Source of the DNA: Laetmonice hystrix
Taxonomy: Eukaryota
DNA length: 64,000 nucleotides
Direction of reading: 5' to 3'
Assembly: GCA_965235115.1 (NCBI GenBank)
Contig: OZ249445.1
Coordinates: forward strand, 11,036,001 to 11,100,000
Position 1 is the first letter of the stretch; every line of letters starts with the position of its first letter. This document shows positions 51,124 through 64,000 of this stretch, one piece after another. The notes under the pieces were generated by a model that had not been told where the DNA came from, made no database searches, and saw only the letters and a program-made list of their open reading frames with translations. The translations under genes and the position numbers were made by a program.

Positions 51124-54062
51124 TACATGTTATCCATGTTGAGGGCCAGGTTCTAAATTTAAGCTAATTACTTTGTGTGTATGGAGGGGAGATATCCTGA
51201 CTAAAGCCTAATTAAAGGTTTGCAGTCGAATAAACGCCCATTTCTTTTTGAGAAAGTGACTGGTCCAATGTACTGATATACGCGTAAGTCATGCCTACTG
51301 TTTCTCACAATTTCTTACCGACTGTTACTGCTGATTGCTATGCTGAATGAAAGAAGATACCGAGATAAATTTCAACATGTTTTTATTTCTTCATAAACAG
51401 AGCAATCAGGAATTAATCTATCAAACGGCCCCCTCGGTCTGTTCCTCCTGCACGAAGATTACGGTAGAGAACAAGTTACCCGTAGGCCTACAACAAACGG
51501 ATGCAGTCTCTGAATGTCTACCACATCCAGGTGAACCAAACCAGGACAGCTTCGAGAACACCAGCTTACAGGGCCGCGAGATCTACTACAAATACCTCAT
51601 TCCAGGTTCTGGTGGGAAGGGAGACAGTACACATACAGCCAACATAGTATGTGGTTTCATATCCAAAAAGAAGATATTCGCGGCATGTAGTTGATATTGA
51701 GCAAACCATGAAATAAAACGGACTATGAAATTATGCACTTTTGTCTCTGCTCTACGGACATTTGGTGATTGAGAGGATGTCTTAGTGTAAGATCGTTTAC
51801 TTGATGGAGTTCAAGTCCAAATGAACCATAATGAACCACATAAGGAAGTGAAGTCCGTCCTACTTAATTATTGGGTAGGCCTATATCGGAAAACCTCATA
51901 ATCTACTCAGACAGAAACAAAGAAAATCAGCAACAAACAAAAAAGTGTTTCAATATCGTTACATAAATATTAACTGATTTGCCGCCCTCAAATCTGTATC
52001 AACATACTGAACTGGTAAAAGCAAGCGAGATGAACCTTTGTAACATCAGCACTAATACTGGCACGTTTCCTTTTGTGGAACTATGTGCCCCCTGGACAAA
52101 GAAAAGAACCCGGAAAACAATGCAGACATCTATTCCTAAACAATTAAGATTTGAATAAAAACGGCCTAATATAACAATCTGCAATGATAAATCATGATCA
52201 CCAGTATCATTATATCAGTTAACTAAGTTCAAAACAGGATAGTCATCCCATAACAACACATCACAGAACTTTGGTACGAACAAGTGGGGTCAATCAAATT
52301 GTACATCAACGATTATAGCTTCAGTAACATGTACATCAAAGGCAATGTTTGCAGCCAGAACTCCCATGTATCCTTGCTCTGTGTTTGCAGACTGGTGGAA
52401 TACATGTTATCCCAGACGTCATGTTGTAGGACACAACAGAACATCACTGTGTATCAAAAGGACATGGGCTCCCCGCTATCTTCTGAAATATGCATTAACT
52501 AGTAACCAACCCACAGCTGTTAATCAAAAACACAAATATACGATATCAACTTCCATTGGCGTAACTTGCTCATGTAATTAACCATACTGACGGTAAGATA
52601 TTTCGTTAATAGTACATGTAATTGCCTTTGATGTAGAGCACAGGTGCCTAGGTTAGAAACCGTATCGGTGTGAAGAGATTACAGTAGCTACAATCCAGGT
52701 AACTAGAAATGGGGAATATAAGTGAGGAGTGGATCATACATAATTAATACCCTAAATATATGATTCGATGAGAGAACCCTGAAAAGTGATTCTTTACATA
52801 TCCTCTACAACCTGGCACAGATGTATCTGTGGCTCAATACTGTACCACATCATTTGTTTGCTTGATGCGTTTGATGCAGGATACTAACCTAGGCAACACT
52901 CAGTAATAACATGTTGAGAAATGTGAAGGAAGTGCATCCAATCGAACGGCTCGTCCATCTCCAGCCTTTAGTACCGGTATCACCAGACCAGTGATTATTT
53001 AATGGGAAGACATGTTAAACCAGACCGACACACGTTCCTACATTGTGTCCTGTCACACCATACTGGCATGGTGACATTGTCTTAATCACTAAGTGCCTTA
53101 ACTTTCACATTTAAACTGCCATAGCAACATCAATACTTCCTTTTTGCATATAATAGGGAATGGAGATTGATTAGACCCGGGTTGTCATGGCTGGCTTGAC
53201 CGTACACTCCTTGTCCCTGTGTATGATTTAAAAACACAATTAAAGGCAGCAGTCTCTGTGACGAGAAAGTGTGACAGACGTGTTAATAAGCCATTATATG
53301 GATCCAAGAGATTCCAGGAAAACGGAATTCTTGGACCAACCCGACCGAGTCCCCTTACCTTACCCAAGAGCTCTGCACATTTTTTAAATATTTTTCCAAA
53401 CCGATCCACCGACCGATTGTACAACAACCTTTGATAACTATAGGAATTTACTTTACAAGTATTAATATATTTACATTATAAAAAGTATCTTACAAAACAT
53501 CCATTCCAGAGAGTCAACATTCCATTACTAAGGTAAAATGCAAACAAGAAACGCTCGAATATGAAGTTTATCATCAATTGTGAAATAACCATGAATTTCT
53601 CTGTAAATGAGCATTTTTCTCAAATAGGAAGGCCGTTGGGGGGGGGGGGGGAGATCTCTTATTGAAGTTGGCACTGTGTAAAATCACCGAGTAAAACATA
53701 TTGAAGGGAAAGGAACTTTACTCATTTTGTCACCGTTTGTACAGTTTTTTCTTAATGTTGCTTATTTTTGGTTATCGATATACACTTAGGCACTTCTCTT
53801 GGTTTAGCATGCGAATATGAAACACTTAATGACCTATGGACAAAAATTCAGGAAACTGTAAACCTTACCACACACATTAAAATCTTTTGTGGCCGGCATT
53901 ATCAAATACCTGCATAGGTACTCCCATGCTGTATTCCTGGTTTTATGAGGAAAAGAAAGCGTCCCATTCGATCCGCCCTGCCAGGAATTTGCATATTAAG
54001 TTAGATGAGAGACCCGATGGGTTGAGGTTGCCGGGAAGACGTCCTAGTGAGAGTGGTGGACC

Positions 54063-57000
54063 TCAGGAGTAGATGGTTACGACCTCACGCCCACTGCCGC
54101 GTACCATGAGAACCCTATCAATGCTCTCGGTCAGCGCCTCCAGGTACTCCATATCTGGGTCCTAGTCAAGGACATATTATCGTAACTTTAAAAATTCACT
54201 AACGCAGTGTCTCTTACTTTCTAACTGCCTGTAGATCTAGAACCCTTATAATAAACTCAGGATGTGAACAACTGTATAACACATTATTTAGGACGTCTCG
54301 TCTACGGACAAAGACATAGCCTAGTTTCTAAACCTACTCTGGTCCATACGCTGCAGCACAAGAAGAGGCCGAAGTAGATTGCAGTTATAGAAATGCGATT
54401 ATAAAGCCGGGGAGAAATGTCCCTCGTAACTTGATATCGTGACGGGACTGACCAAGTTGTGCAGATACAGATAGCCTAATGAATAGCGTGGTGTCACAGA
54501 GTTGGTTAGAGCCACCACTAGAGAGGATAGATTGTTGTAATAAAGGATACAGTTTTCCTCTGCATGGAGACGAGCTGGCGGGGCCGGGAAGTTGAGAATG
54601 ACCAGCTCAGCGTCCTGGGACTCACTACGGATGGCCTCATTCAACTTAACGGCCGTGTGCATCCGCATCAAGCGACCTTCAGCCCTACAAAACAATGGCC
54701 AGTGGTCTATGACGACTAATGAGAAAATAAACAAAGGACCTTAAAACAGTCTGCTCTCTATTGAAAAGATAATTGCTAGGTGAAGAGGGGAAGTTGGAAT
54801 AACAAAAGACACTTGCGTTCTCATAAAAACAAAGTGGATTCTCTTGGCGAAGAACTGAATCCGTTACGTATTCACTGAGGGGTATGTGACATTTTTACGG
54901 TGTCTGAAACATTTGACTAGAATAAGAAATGATCCATACAGATGGGCTGCCTCGGCCTTCAGTGTCGACTGATTCTTGTAGGTGACGGGTTTAGTAGAGT
55001 CTAGCATGGCCTGGCCGTCCACTGGACTGAACGTGAAATGCACCATCTTCTCGCCTTCCTCCTTGCTGCCGTCCTCCTTGCCGCCATCCTTGGTGCCGTC
55101 AGCGGTGGCGTTATGGTTGGTGATCTCATACTTGTTGCTGTCCTCGTGTATGGAGATGGTGACTTTGGGTAGTTCCACGGGTCCGTCGGAGGGGGTGGCC
55201 CCAGCCGTACTTGTACCCGAGGACGTCCGTGAGAGATGACTTGCGTCCATGATATCTTGTATCTGAATATAACACTCCAGCATCACTCTATGCCACACCC
55301 GGCGACTGCTATCTTTGACTGTCTTCTTTTCATAGAAATGCTTAGATAATTTTAACCTTTTTCAAGGTACTCATGCAATTGTTCAAAGACTGCCAAGATT
55401 AGGTGATAAAGCGAGATATCTATATATTGTTGATTTAATTTACACTCGACGCCATTTTAACTGGATTTTCGGCCCTACTTCAAGACAGGGCTAAAACCAG
55501 TTTAGATTTCTGACATGCTCGTTTAAAATGATGCCAAAAGAACTTCAATATATACAGGACATGTATGAACGCAACAAAACTCAGATTGTAGGCAAGGAAA
55601 AACACCGGGGACATTAATGGTTCAGATGGAATTCATCACACACAATAAATCATGAGGTACAAAGGCATACCGGTAATAACACAGTCTGTTTTATCATGGG
55701 GTATTTTAGTGGAATTTACAGACGGCGTATTCTTTGGAATGAATACAAAGAATTACAGAATCAAATCCGTTAGTGTTAGGAGAAAAACAAGAATGTTATT
55801 TCTGATTGAAAACATAAGTATCTGTCTTTGCTCTTGCTATTTATCCAGTTCATGTTTTCTGATATCAGATCTCTTATGTAAAATGGGAACCACAAGCATC
55901 ATTTGCAAACACTCTTTGGTTAAAATCGCAGAGGGGGAGGTGTCGTAGTGAACTTAGGTGTCTTAAAACTGGGATCGCACACGATAAACGTTATTACCGT
56001 CGCGGGATCCTGAAAGAAACCAATAATTTAAAAAGTCTAGGATTAAAGCGGACCGACTTATTCAGTTATGACAATGACCAATGGGTCAGACTAATATAAT
56101 ACCCTATAACATTCCCCTATATCATTCCATTTTCTACTACATTATTACAAACAGTAAATGTTAGCCTAACTACTAATGTATCAACTTTTGAGCAGCCCGG
56201 TATCACAGTCGAGGACAGTAGATCATTTTCTTACAGCAAACAGGCCACATTGTGATAAACACACCGACTACATTTCCAAACATTAAACGTGTATAAAAAA
56301 AACACCTAACACATAAAACTCCGCCACTAGAGAAATTAAATAAAAAGAAAGGAAATCTTCATAAAAGAACAGCAGCAAAACAAATCTATCATACTAAATT
56401 TACTAAGAATACAAATTATGGAATGAGATTAGAAAAGACTCATTACGGTTGGACGTCGTTTGGAACCTCTAAGCTGCCGAATCATGTTTGCCCGTTTCTC
56501 CATGTCAAGTGTGCGTTCAACCGTGTAGGCCGAGATATCACTGTCGTACTGGAAAATAATAATAGGCCAATCCACTCTCACCAATACAAAGGATGATACC
56601 ACTCCACCACTGTCCCTTAATGACAGTGTCAAATCTTATTATCTAGGACATGGGTAGTTTTTGTTCTCTCCTTTTAGTAGGAAATAATACAGTGATCATA
56701 TATATTCATTAGAAAATGTCCGATTTGCGCGGCACGTTTAACGACTCAACCCACCATTTCCTGGACGTGCACCTCTGCAGTAATACGCAGCTGGTATAGG
56801 AACTGTTCCAAGTCTTTTTTCATCTGGATGCTGTTATCATGCAACTCTTTGCATGTTAAGGAGTAGTCATTAAATACATAATACATAACTCTAGGCCTAT
56901 TGTACAATGAAACTGGAGATACCGTCCCATGGAACATGGTTACCCGTGTTTCCTCTTCCAATAACACCCCCCTCCCCCTAAAAAAAAAATCTTAAGGGCT

Positions 57001-60000
57001 TTTATGGTTAGTTATTTTTTCAATGTCCTTATGAATCTACTGTGAAATCACAAATAAAATATCACGTAATCTTGTCACCAATTATCGAACTCAATGATAC
57101 ACTGATAGGGAAATTCTAAAGGATACGTGCGACGGTAAATATCCTGAGTTTACAATTCTTCCAGACTTTGTGCTGCTTCAGCAAGAAAGACAACAAGATC
57201 AGCATTCCTCCGTCATCTGTAGGCTCACGTCAAGGTCATACTTATATCTACACGTCAAATAATCACACCTCTCTTGTTACACACAAACTAAAAATATCCT
57301 ACAGGATTGTGTAATTAGTAATATATTCATGTCTTAGTCTATACTTAGTCATCTTGACTTACATACAGATCTAATACTGGCAATAGGCAGTAACTGATCA
57401 ACTTTCATAGTATGGTAGTTTCTTTGGTGCTAGTTGTATCATTTTGTTGATCACCGGATATCGCTAACCATTACTTATAGAAACCGAAGCGATACTGTTT
57501 GATTGACTCTGATGTTGGAGAACGCCATAATAGCGCTATTATTGGAGTCAGTAATTGGGTAGATTATTATTAATTAATAAATCTCATGATTTTCAAAGGA
57601 TACGGACTATCCACCACACATCTATAGTGTTGGTAAGGCGTTCCTTGCGGTGAGGGAAGTTGTTGATGTTGCGGGGCACCAACAAAGCCAGTTCCTTGGC
57701 TGTCACAGCACGAACCGTGTCTGGTAAGAAACAATTGTTTTCACATTAATACAACTACAGGGTATCGCCATAAAATCATCTGATTCAAAGGTGAAACCAC
57801 TTAAACCTTGAAACATAACTAAATATCAACAAAACTCGGTTATATCATGCACTGTCATGTCATACCTAAATTCAATTATTGGGACAACATCCGGCCATGA
57901 ATAATTCACACGTTTTCCGACCTGCCAACATTAACAAGTTTTTTTGCCTAGCAACATTCAGCCCCATGCCCCAAAGTGGCACAGCCGTGCTGCGTGCCAG
58001 GACGCAGGGATAGGTAGGATATAGGAATATCCCCCTTCTGCTGGGGGATATGGGGAGCCACGCCCCCAAAAACTGAAATTAAGGGTTGTTTCAGATGCAT
58101 TCTGAGCACATTTTGAGCAGAGAGTGATGCCTAACATAGGCCCTTCTTTTTCAATCGGCGGTGAAAAGGCGATTTTTATGGTACTGTTTTTGAGGTTTTT
58201 TAGAGGTTTTTGCGTAGGATATAAAGGACTGAGCGTAGCAGCGTAGTTGGAGTGTCAAATGCCTACCAAATACGCCAAATACGTTGCAGTTGGCAGGTCT
58301 GCGTTTTCCAGTAACTATAGCTTGGTGAAGGATAAGAAAAAACTAATGAAATGAAGATGTCAAGGACGACTTGAATACCTCCTAGGTGCACACGCCCTCT
58401 AGTGAATGATTTCACAATAAGCATGCAATCCAAGGTGAAATACTTGAGGTGGTTAGTGATTGGTTAAAGTCGGGAAACAGCAATCATAACAACACACAGA
58501 TTGGAAGGTCATTACTAGTATTACCTTCTATATATTACTGTAGGAATGACAGTCAAGAGACCTACAATGGACTCACACAGTAAGTTGATTCTAACACCCT
58601 CTCTACTGTTGTCATTTTATCTAGGCATGTTTTCATGTGCCTTTCAACTTTCCTCCAGAAAACATTTCTATGAGCCATTCCTCCTAAAGGTTTGAGATAT
58701 ATTGTGTAAATATACTTTTATTGGAAGTGCTATGAACATATAACATGCAGTTACAGCCACTGACACAGATGAAGGTACAGGTGAAAATTACCGAGGAAGA
58801 TTTTCCACGAGCGTTCCTCGTGGGACTCTCTCCAGCCATACGGCCAGCCAACCAGCACAGCGTTGTGTCTAAGGCCGCCAAGACCGACAGTTTGAACACT
58901 ACAAAAACCAAACTAACATGAACGCAACCCTGCAACGTCAATTTAATTGCAACAAAAGATGGCATTATCTGTGACCGTTTTCAGCCTGTTACTGCTTATT
59001 AGTAACGAAATCAAACTCAACCCAAAGGTTGGCTTTCAAAGGTTTACGTAATTTCCGGCAAGTATTGGTTGAGCTCTTGGGATAAACGACAAAGAAATAA
59101 AGGAGGAGTATAAACGGCAACGGCCCTCAAATCGAGTTTACTATGCTTTATTATTTCTGGATTATGCATGGCGTTATTATTTCTGAATTATAAAGGTTCA
59201 CCTAACTTCATTATTGGAGTATCAGTGTCATGTCATGTTATAGCACACTTACGAGGAGCGGATGAAGGATACAGTACATTCTCATCCTGACAGAATCTCA
59301 GTATGTTAATATGTGTCATCAGTTTATTCGACACACAGTCAGGGATGTGTACCATCTTCGTAGTAGTCATTGGGGTTTAGTGCAATCATCAAAAAAGGTT
59401 GAACAAGCACACAGTAAGAATGTATTGCCATGGCAACAACATCCAACTGAACAATAAACAAAGCCAGGAAGCGGCCGCCCCGTCTGAGCGGACCTACCTA
59501 TGAAGATTTTCCAGTGGTGGTCTAGGCCATCATCATGATGTTGGTGCCAGTGGTCCGGCCAGCCAACAACTACACAGTTGGGTTGCAGGCCACCTAGGCC
59601 TTCCATCTGAACACTGCAACAACCCGGCCATGCAACAACTGACAACAACTATACCGAAACAAAACACATGTTTGCGGCACCAAATAAACTACCATTGGCC
59701 AGAAAGTGGTAATTCAAAATCAAGGAAATAACATGCACCAGCGTATGACTTGTTGATTTCAGGTACCGGAGGTATGCGCTTATTATTGAAACCCAATGAG
59801 TTTCAATGACTAGGCCTAAACAGGAACAATTTGTACCAGCACATTTACCATCATAACGTTCACGATTGTCAAGATTGAAAGCAACAATAAATTAAGACCC
59901 TGAACCAATTCATGCAAGTGGACAATCAGGAACATCAGACAAGTCACACCCATCCGTGTATTGCTGGGGAAACTACTCAGTAAGTATTTTCTAATCTATC

Positions 60001-63000
60001 CAAATATTACCGGTGAATACTCAAAACGAGATTGCTCTAAGACACTCACTGTACGCTACATGAAATGACAAATGAACATTCTAGTGCAAAACTACGGTAA
60101 AGATTTATACAAGAGACTTACAATATATTAAGTCCCTCTGTCGTGTCTTTGGTTACCATGACCTTGGCAAAGCCCTTCACCTTCTCTTGCTCCATTATAT
60201 CTTTTATATTCTAAATATAGAGGTCACAATGTTAAAGAATAAAATATATATTCAAATCAAATAAAAATCCTAGCCATCATAAAACTTTGATATCCATTAT
60301 ATTGGGGAGGCAAAAGAATGCCTGAAGTTGGTATCAAAAATCTAGGCTTAGTATTTATCTATCTATAATGGGGAGGCAAAAGAATGCCTGAAGTTGGTAT
60401 CAAATATCTAGGCTTACTATTTATCTATCTATAATAGGTCTACTCTGATACAGAGATCACACAATCTTTTATCTAGATTCGGAGCCCATCAACAACCTGC
60501 TTTGCCTCTGCAGCTTCTTGAGTTCTTTCTGCATATGCCCCCTCCAAAACTGCTGCCACCACGGTCAAACCCTTTCCTGTAACAAAGTTGTCAGTGAATG
60601 CATGAGAAAATGCTAATCTGCACTAAGATCTACAACAGATCTTGAAATGTCCCTTACTTGCACATTTTCCTGTCTATAGCTTATTATATAATGAAAGGAT
60701 TGACTGTCTACAAGTGGGAGTACAGCTTCACTTACCCGCCTTGAGTTGACTCGCTAGGCTGATCAGTCTGGTATACTTGGGCTGCAGCTCCTTTGTCATC
60801 TTGGATAGTACCAGAAGTTGTGGCCTGGCGGGCATTAACACACAAAGCTCATCTTCCATTCAATTCGACATAGTTAATGGGGTTCTACTATTTTAATCCA
60901 TTAATCCGTTTCTACTATTCAATATTGAAAGAGCTGCTATCTCTTGAAAAGTGATGCAGTGACTATCGAAGCCAAGCTGCCTTTAGATACTCTTTCCAGC
61001 ACACAAGGCTGAAACCACTTTGCTAATTTTATACCTCCAATTTTTGGTGTGCGGGTCGCCTTCCTCCAGCTTGAGGAGCGCCTGTTGGGCGGCAGACATG
61101 GACAGGCCCTGAATGCCATCTCCCCACTCCTTCTCACCACTGAAACATAACGCAGAATACAAATTAAATGGTTGATGATGTAATCATTTATCTGTTCATA
61201 TCAGACTGACCAGTTACTGGTCTCACGCCCGTACAGTATAGGGACACCTGTTACGAGTGACTGAAAGTGCATTTTAACCTTTCCATTCACCTTCAGGCTC
61301 TATCTTTTTGATCCTTTGAAACCGCGCACTACGACTGTAATACTTCATAGCATTCTCCCTGCCTACTCTATAGCTGCTATTGTAAAATTGAAGGGGGTAC
61401 ACATGATATGAGATGATTTGATGATTAAATTATTTATCTATTTCTCTGTTCGTATCCCGCCCGCACAGCAGTGACACCTGTTGTGAGCGAGTGAAAGTAA
61501 CATTTTATTCTTGCCATTCACCGTACGCATCGTTGAGCCTTTGGACTGCACGTACTACGACTGCAATTCTCCATAAAATGCTGCCTGGACTTAACTGTTT
61601 TTTTGGGGGTAAAGGTGTGGGGGTACTAATGATGTGGGCATACCAGATTGTTTTCTTAGTTTATCTAGGTACTCATATATTGTTTTATTTATTTCTGTGT
61701 GTGTTGACTTCCCAAGTATCAGCCTGGCTAGTTCACGGCCTCACACCTGCTCAGTACATGTACTGACACCTGGTGCTAGTTCGAAGAAGTAACATCCTAA
61801 CCCCTTCCCTACCATCTGCTTCTGTCTTGTTATGCCTTTGCAAGTACAACTGCAAATCTTCATGACATCCTACTCTATAACTATTTTATTGAACATTATG
61901 TAGATCTTTGACTCAAGTAGTAAAGTTTACTAACCCTTTGTATTCGACATATTTGTATATGAAAGCAGCGATGGCGAAGGCTGCGAGAGCATAGTACCAG
62001 CCTGCCATGATGGAGAGTGTGAGGTTGAGTATAACCCCGAGTAGTGACAACGACCAGTGGTAGTACTTGTAGCGGGGCCGCCAGTGGGGCGACTTCAATA
62101 CCGTCTGCAGCACGCACGTCAGGTTCACAAACATGTAGCACATGAGGAAACATCTGCAACACACGCACCGTGGGTCAGAGTACCTTCCTTGTAAGGGGCG
62201 GAACATCGGATATATACAGGGTGTCCCAAAAGTTACTGTGCACTGGAATATTTGATATACCTATTGATAATTATAACTATCCTGCACAGTAACTTTTGGG
62301 ACATCCATTACAGCATTGGGGGGGGGGGGGGGGGCGCTATGGAAATTAATTGTCCTTGCTGAAATCAAACATGATTATTTTTGTATATTTTTGTGAAATC
62401 TCCATTCTGTCCATTCAAAAGAAAAAAAAACGCCGGAAACTATGGATGCTCACACGTCAATGACAGGCGCGACATAATCCAGACTGGCTATGAGGATGCC
62501 GATCTCTGCGATGATAGTGGTCACTATGAGAGCCCGGATGGGTTCTCCACGACTCGTCGTCACTTGGAAGACATCCAGAAACGGAATGATCCCATCGCGT
62601 GAGATAGCTTGTAATAACCGTGGAGCGCCTGTGACGGTACAAGTACAACGGTTAGCTATCGACGGGTATCCCTACATGACGACAAGTCTGCAATCTGGAC
62701 ACTCCTGCAAAAAATCTTCTAGTCTACCGCCAATCAACTGTAAAAAAAAATAATAAAATGTGCAGGAAGGACTGCAAGCCTGGCTTACCATTTTGATCGA
62801 TGCTGGGCACTTACCCCATTATTCAATAGACACTGCAGTGTGCCTGGTAAGAGCCTCTATAGATTATTCATCCCACTTACTTGTCAGGCACTGTAGCGCT
62901 GCTCCTATTGTTGAACAGAAGGCACCTATAAGGAGCACCCATTCATGTGGCCAGCACAATATGGCCACTAACAAAGAGCCCCCTAAACTTTCACCAAACC

Positions 63001-63547
63001 TGCAATGTATACCCGACATTTCAAATATAACACTGGCATGAATTAACCGACACCTGTTAATTACTAGGTAAAAAAAGTAACATTGCCAATTAAACGCTGC
63101 ACTTTGCTTCATCGAAATGCGTGAGTTACACAGTTGATCCATGTGCTATCGAGGTTTCGTTCAATAAGACTCTGTATACACAGGTAAAGAGCACTAGACT
63201 TACTTGTCTCTTAGCAATGCTCCGTCTGTTGTCATACCAAAAAATATAACAAAAAAGAGATCTGAATAAAGATGTCAAGGAAATCATCAATGATATCGAT
63301 ACAAAGGTTCAGTTCATAAAGCTGAAAGGTACCGTCAGGCATTAAGCATTCATGTTAAAACCCTATGACTATAAGCGTATTATCACGACAGAAGACGCGA
63401 AAGCAGCGGTCAGCTGATAAACAGGACATGGTCCATTTTGTAGGATACAGACAAATGAACACGTAAGTTGTGCAGCGATGGTGCCAACAGGAATAGATTG
63501 CTGAGGGTCTCGCAGGTCTCCTGACATGTTCGATCCTGTCATTATAC
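54063..63547 (-). CDS. KCC: Potassium-chloride cotransporter (SLC12A4-7/KCC family), 3' 17 exons; 5' part lies beyond the window
   Basis: Exons (minus): 63547-63449, 63261-63204, 62999-62881, 62628-62454, 62153-61935, 61139-61035, 60824-60736, 60576-60497, 60210-60122, 59613-59498, 57720-57604, 57216-57127, 56846-56755, 56548-56447, 55262-54940, 54684-54551, 54154-54063. All phases join with no stop. Hallmarks: [77 protein letters not shown] and C-terminal [13 protein letters not shown]. The WNK-SPAK site contexts VERTL and VHFT are retained. Confidence 0.97.
54155..54550 (-). other. U12-type (minor) GT-AG intron in KCC
   Basis: 5'ss GTATCCTTT; branch site GTCCTTGAC at 54173-54165, branch A about 11 nt before the end of the intron. 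Confidence 0.9.
56847..57126 (-). other. U12-type (minor) GT-AG intron in KCC
   Basis: 5'ss GTATCCTTT; branch site CTCCTTAAC at 56863-56855; AAAG acceptor with no polypyrimidine tract. Confidence 0.92.
57217..57603 (-). other. U12-type (minor) GT-AG intron in KCC
   Basis: 5'ss GTATCCTTT; branch site GACCTTGAC at 57237-57229. Confidence 0.9.
60304..60435. repeat. 66-bp tandem duplication (2 copies), intronic
   Basis: GGGGAGGCAAAAGAATGCCTGAAGTTGG... starts at 60304 and at 60370; the copies differ at 2 positions. Confidence 0.9.
62217..62308. mobile_element. 92-bp Tc1/mariner-type MITE
   Basis: 26-bp TIRs CAGGGTGTCCCAAAAGTTACTGTGCA / TGCACAGTAACTTTTGGGACATCCAT, with TA on both flanks (62215-62216, 62309-62310). 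Confidence 0.85.
63262..63448 (-). other. U12-type (minor) GT-AG intron in KCC
   Basis: 5'ss GTATCCTAC, slightly degenerate after +7; branch site TTTCCTTGAC at 63283-63274. Confidence 0.8.
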
Positions 63548-64000
63548 CTAAAAAATACAAATGTACACAAAAAATGAAATCAAAATTTTATGGGTTGCCG
63601 TGGCACTTGATTTGATAACGAATTCACTTCTTGGGAAATCATTGTATGAAAATGTTTCGATGATAGTGAAGGGATGAGGGAAATCCTGGACGCCATTGGA
63701 GACGGTGATCATGTTCTAACAGCAAATTTGATTTTAGTTAGCATATCCAGTTACACTGTAAAAGGCGCACTTTTTTCTTAAAACATTTACACATTATGGA
63801 CTGGTCAGAATTTATCGCTTATCATGATAGGCAGGATTTGTGCCATGAAAAGATTGCTTGGGAAAGAACGCTTATTAACACTGAAGCCTCGTTAAAGAAG
63901 GAAATACACGTCACTAAGCAAAAAGAAAATTTAAAAAATAAATCTCAATTAAATTCACAAAATAAAATTCTGTATTGTTCTGACGCGATTTACCATTTTG

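Noticed and set aside
60491-60497. Weak donor CAG|GTTGTT in KCC as a sign of a mis-modelled exon
   Set aside because: Phase and protein alignment (AAEAKQ|[14 protein letters not shown]) fit exactly, so it is simply a weak U2 donor.
61225-61615. Diverged repeat pair about 230 nt apart in a KCC intron
   Set aside because: An old local duplication or TE relic with no termini or ORF that I can define.

Overview
Animal genomic DNA, probably a lophotrochozoan-type invertebrate (inferred from the tandem-domain p40-type sHSPs), from a scaffolded assembly with two N gaps. I can support six protein-coding loci. (1-3) A small heat-shock protein cluster: two p40/major-egg-antigen-like sHSPs with two alpha-crystallin domains each (10951-11994 +, 21156-22076 -) and a 90-aa minimal single-domain sHSP (37160-37432 -). 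(4) A single-exon GT32 (DXD) glycosyltransferase (40787-41929 +). (5) A 13-exon gene on the minus strand (49812-42569) encoding about 1035 aa with three SPSB-like SPRY domains; it has two apparent 1-nt frame breaks and a MITE inserted exactly at a splice donor. (6) The 3' 17 exons of a K-Cl cotransporter (SLC12A4-7/KCC family, 63547-54063 -), with four U12-type minor-spliceosome introns. The rest is intergenic or intronic sequence with several MITEs and tandem repeats. I found no rRNA, tRNA or CRISPR signal. All exon models were built by hand from splice motifs, phase continuity and recalled protein-family similarity; no database searches were run.
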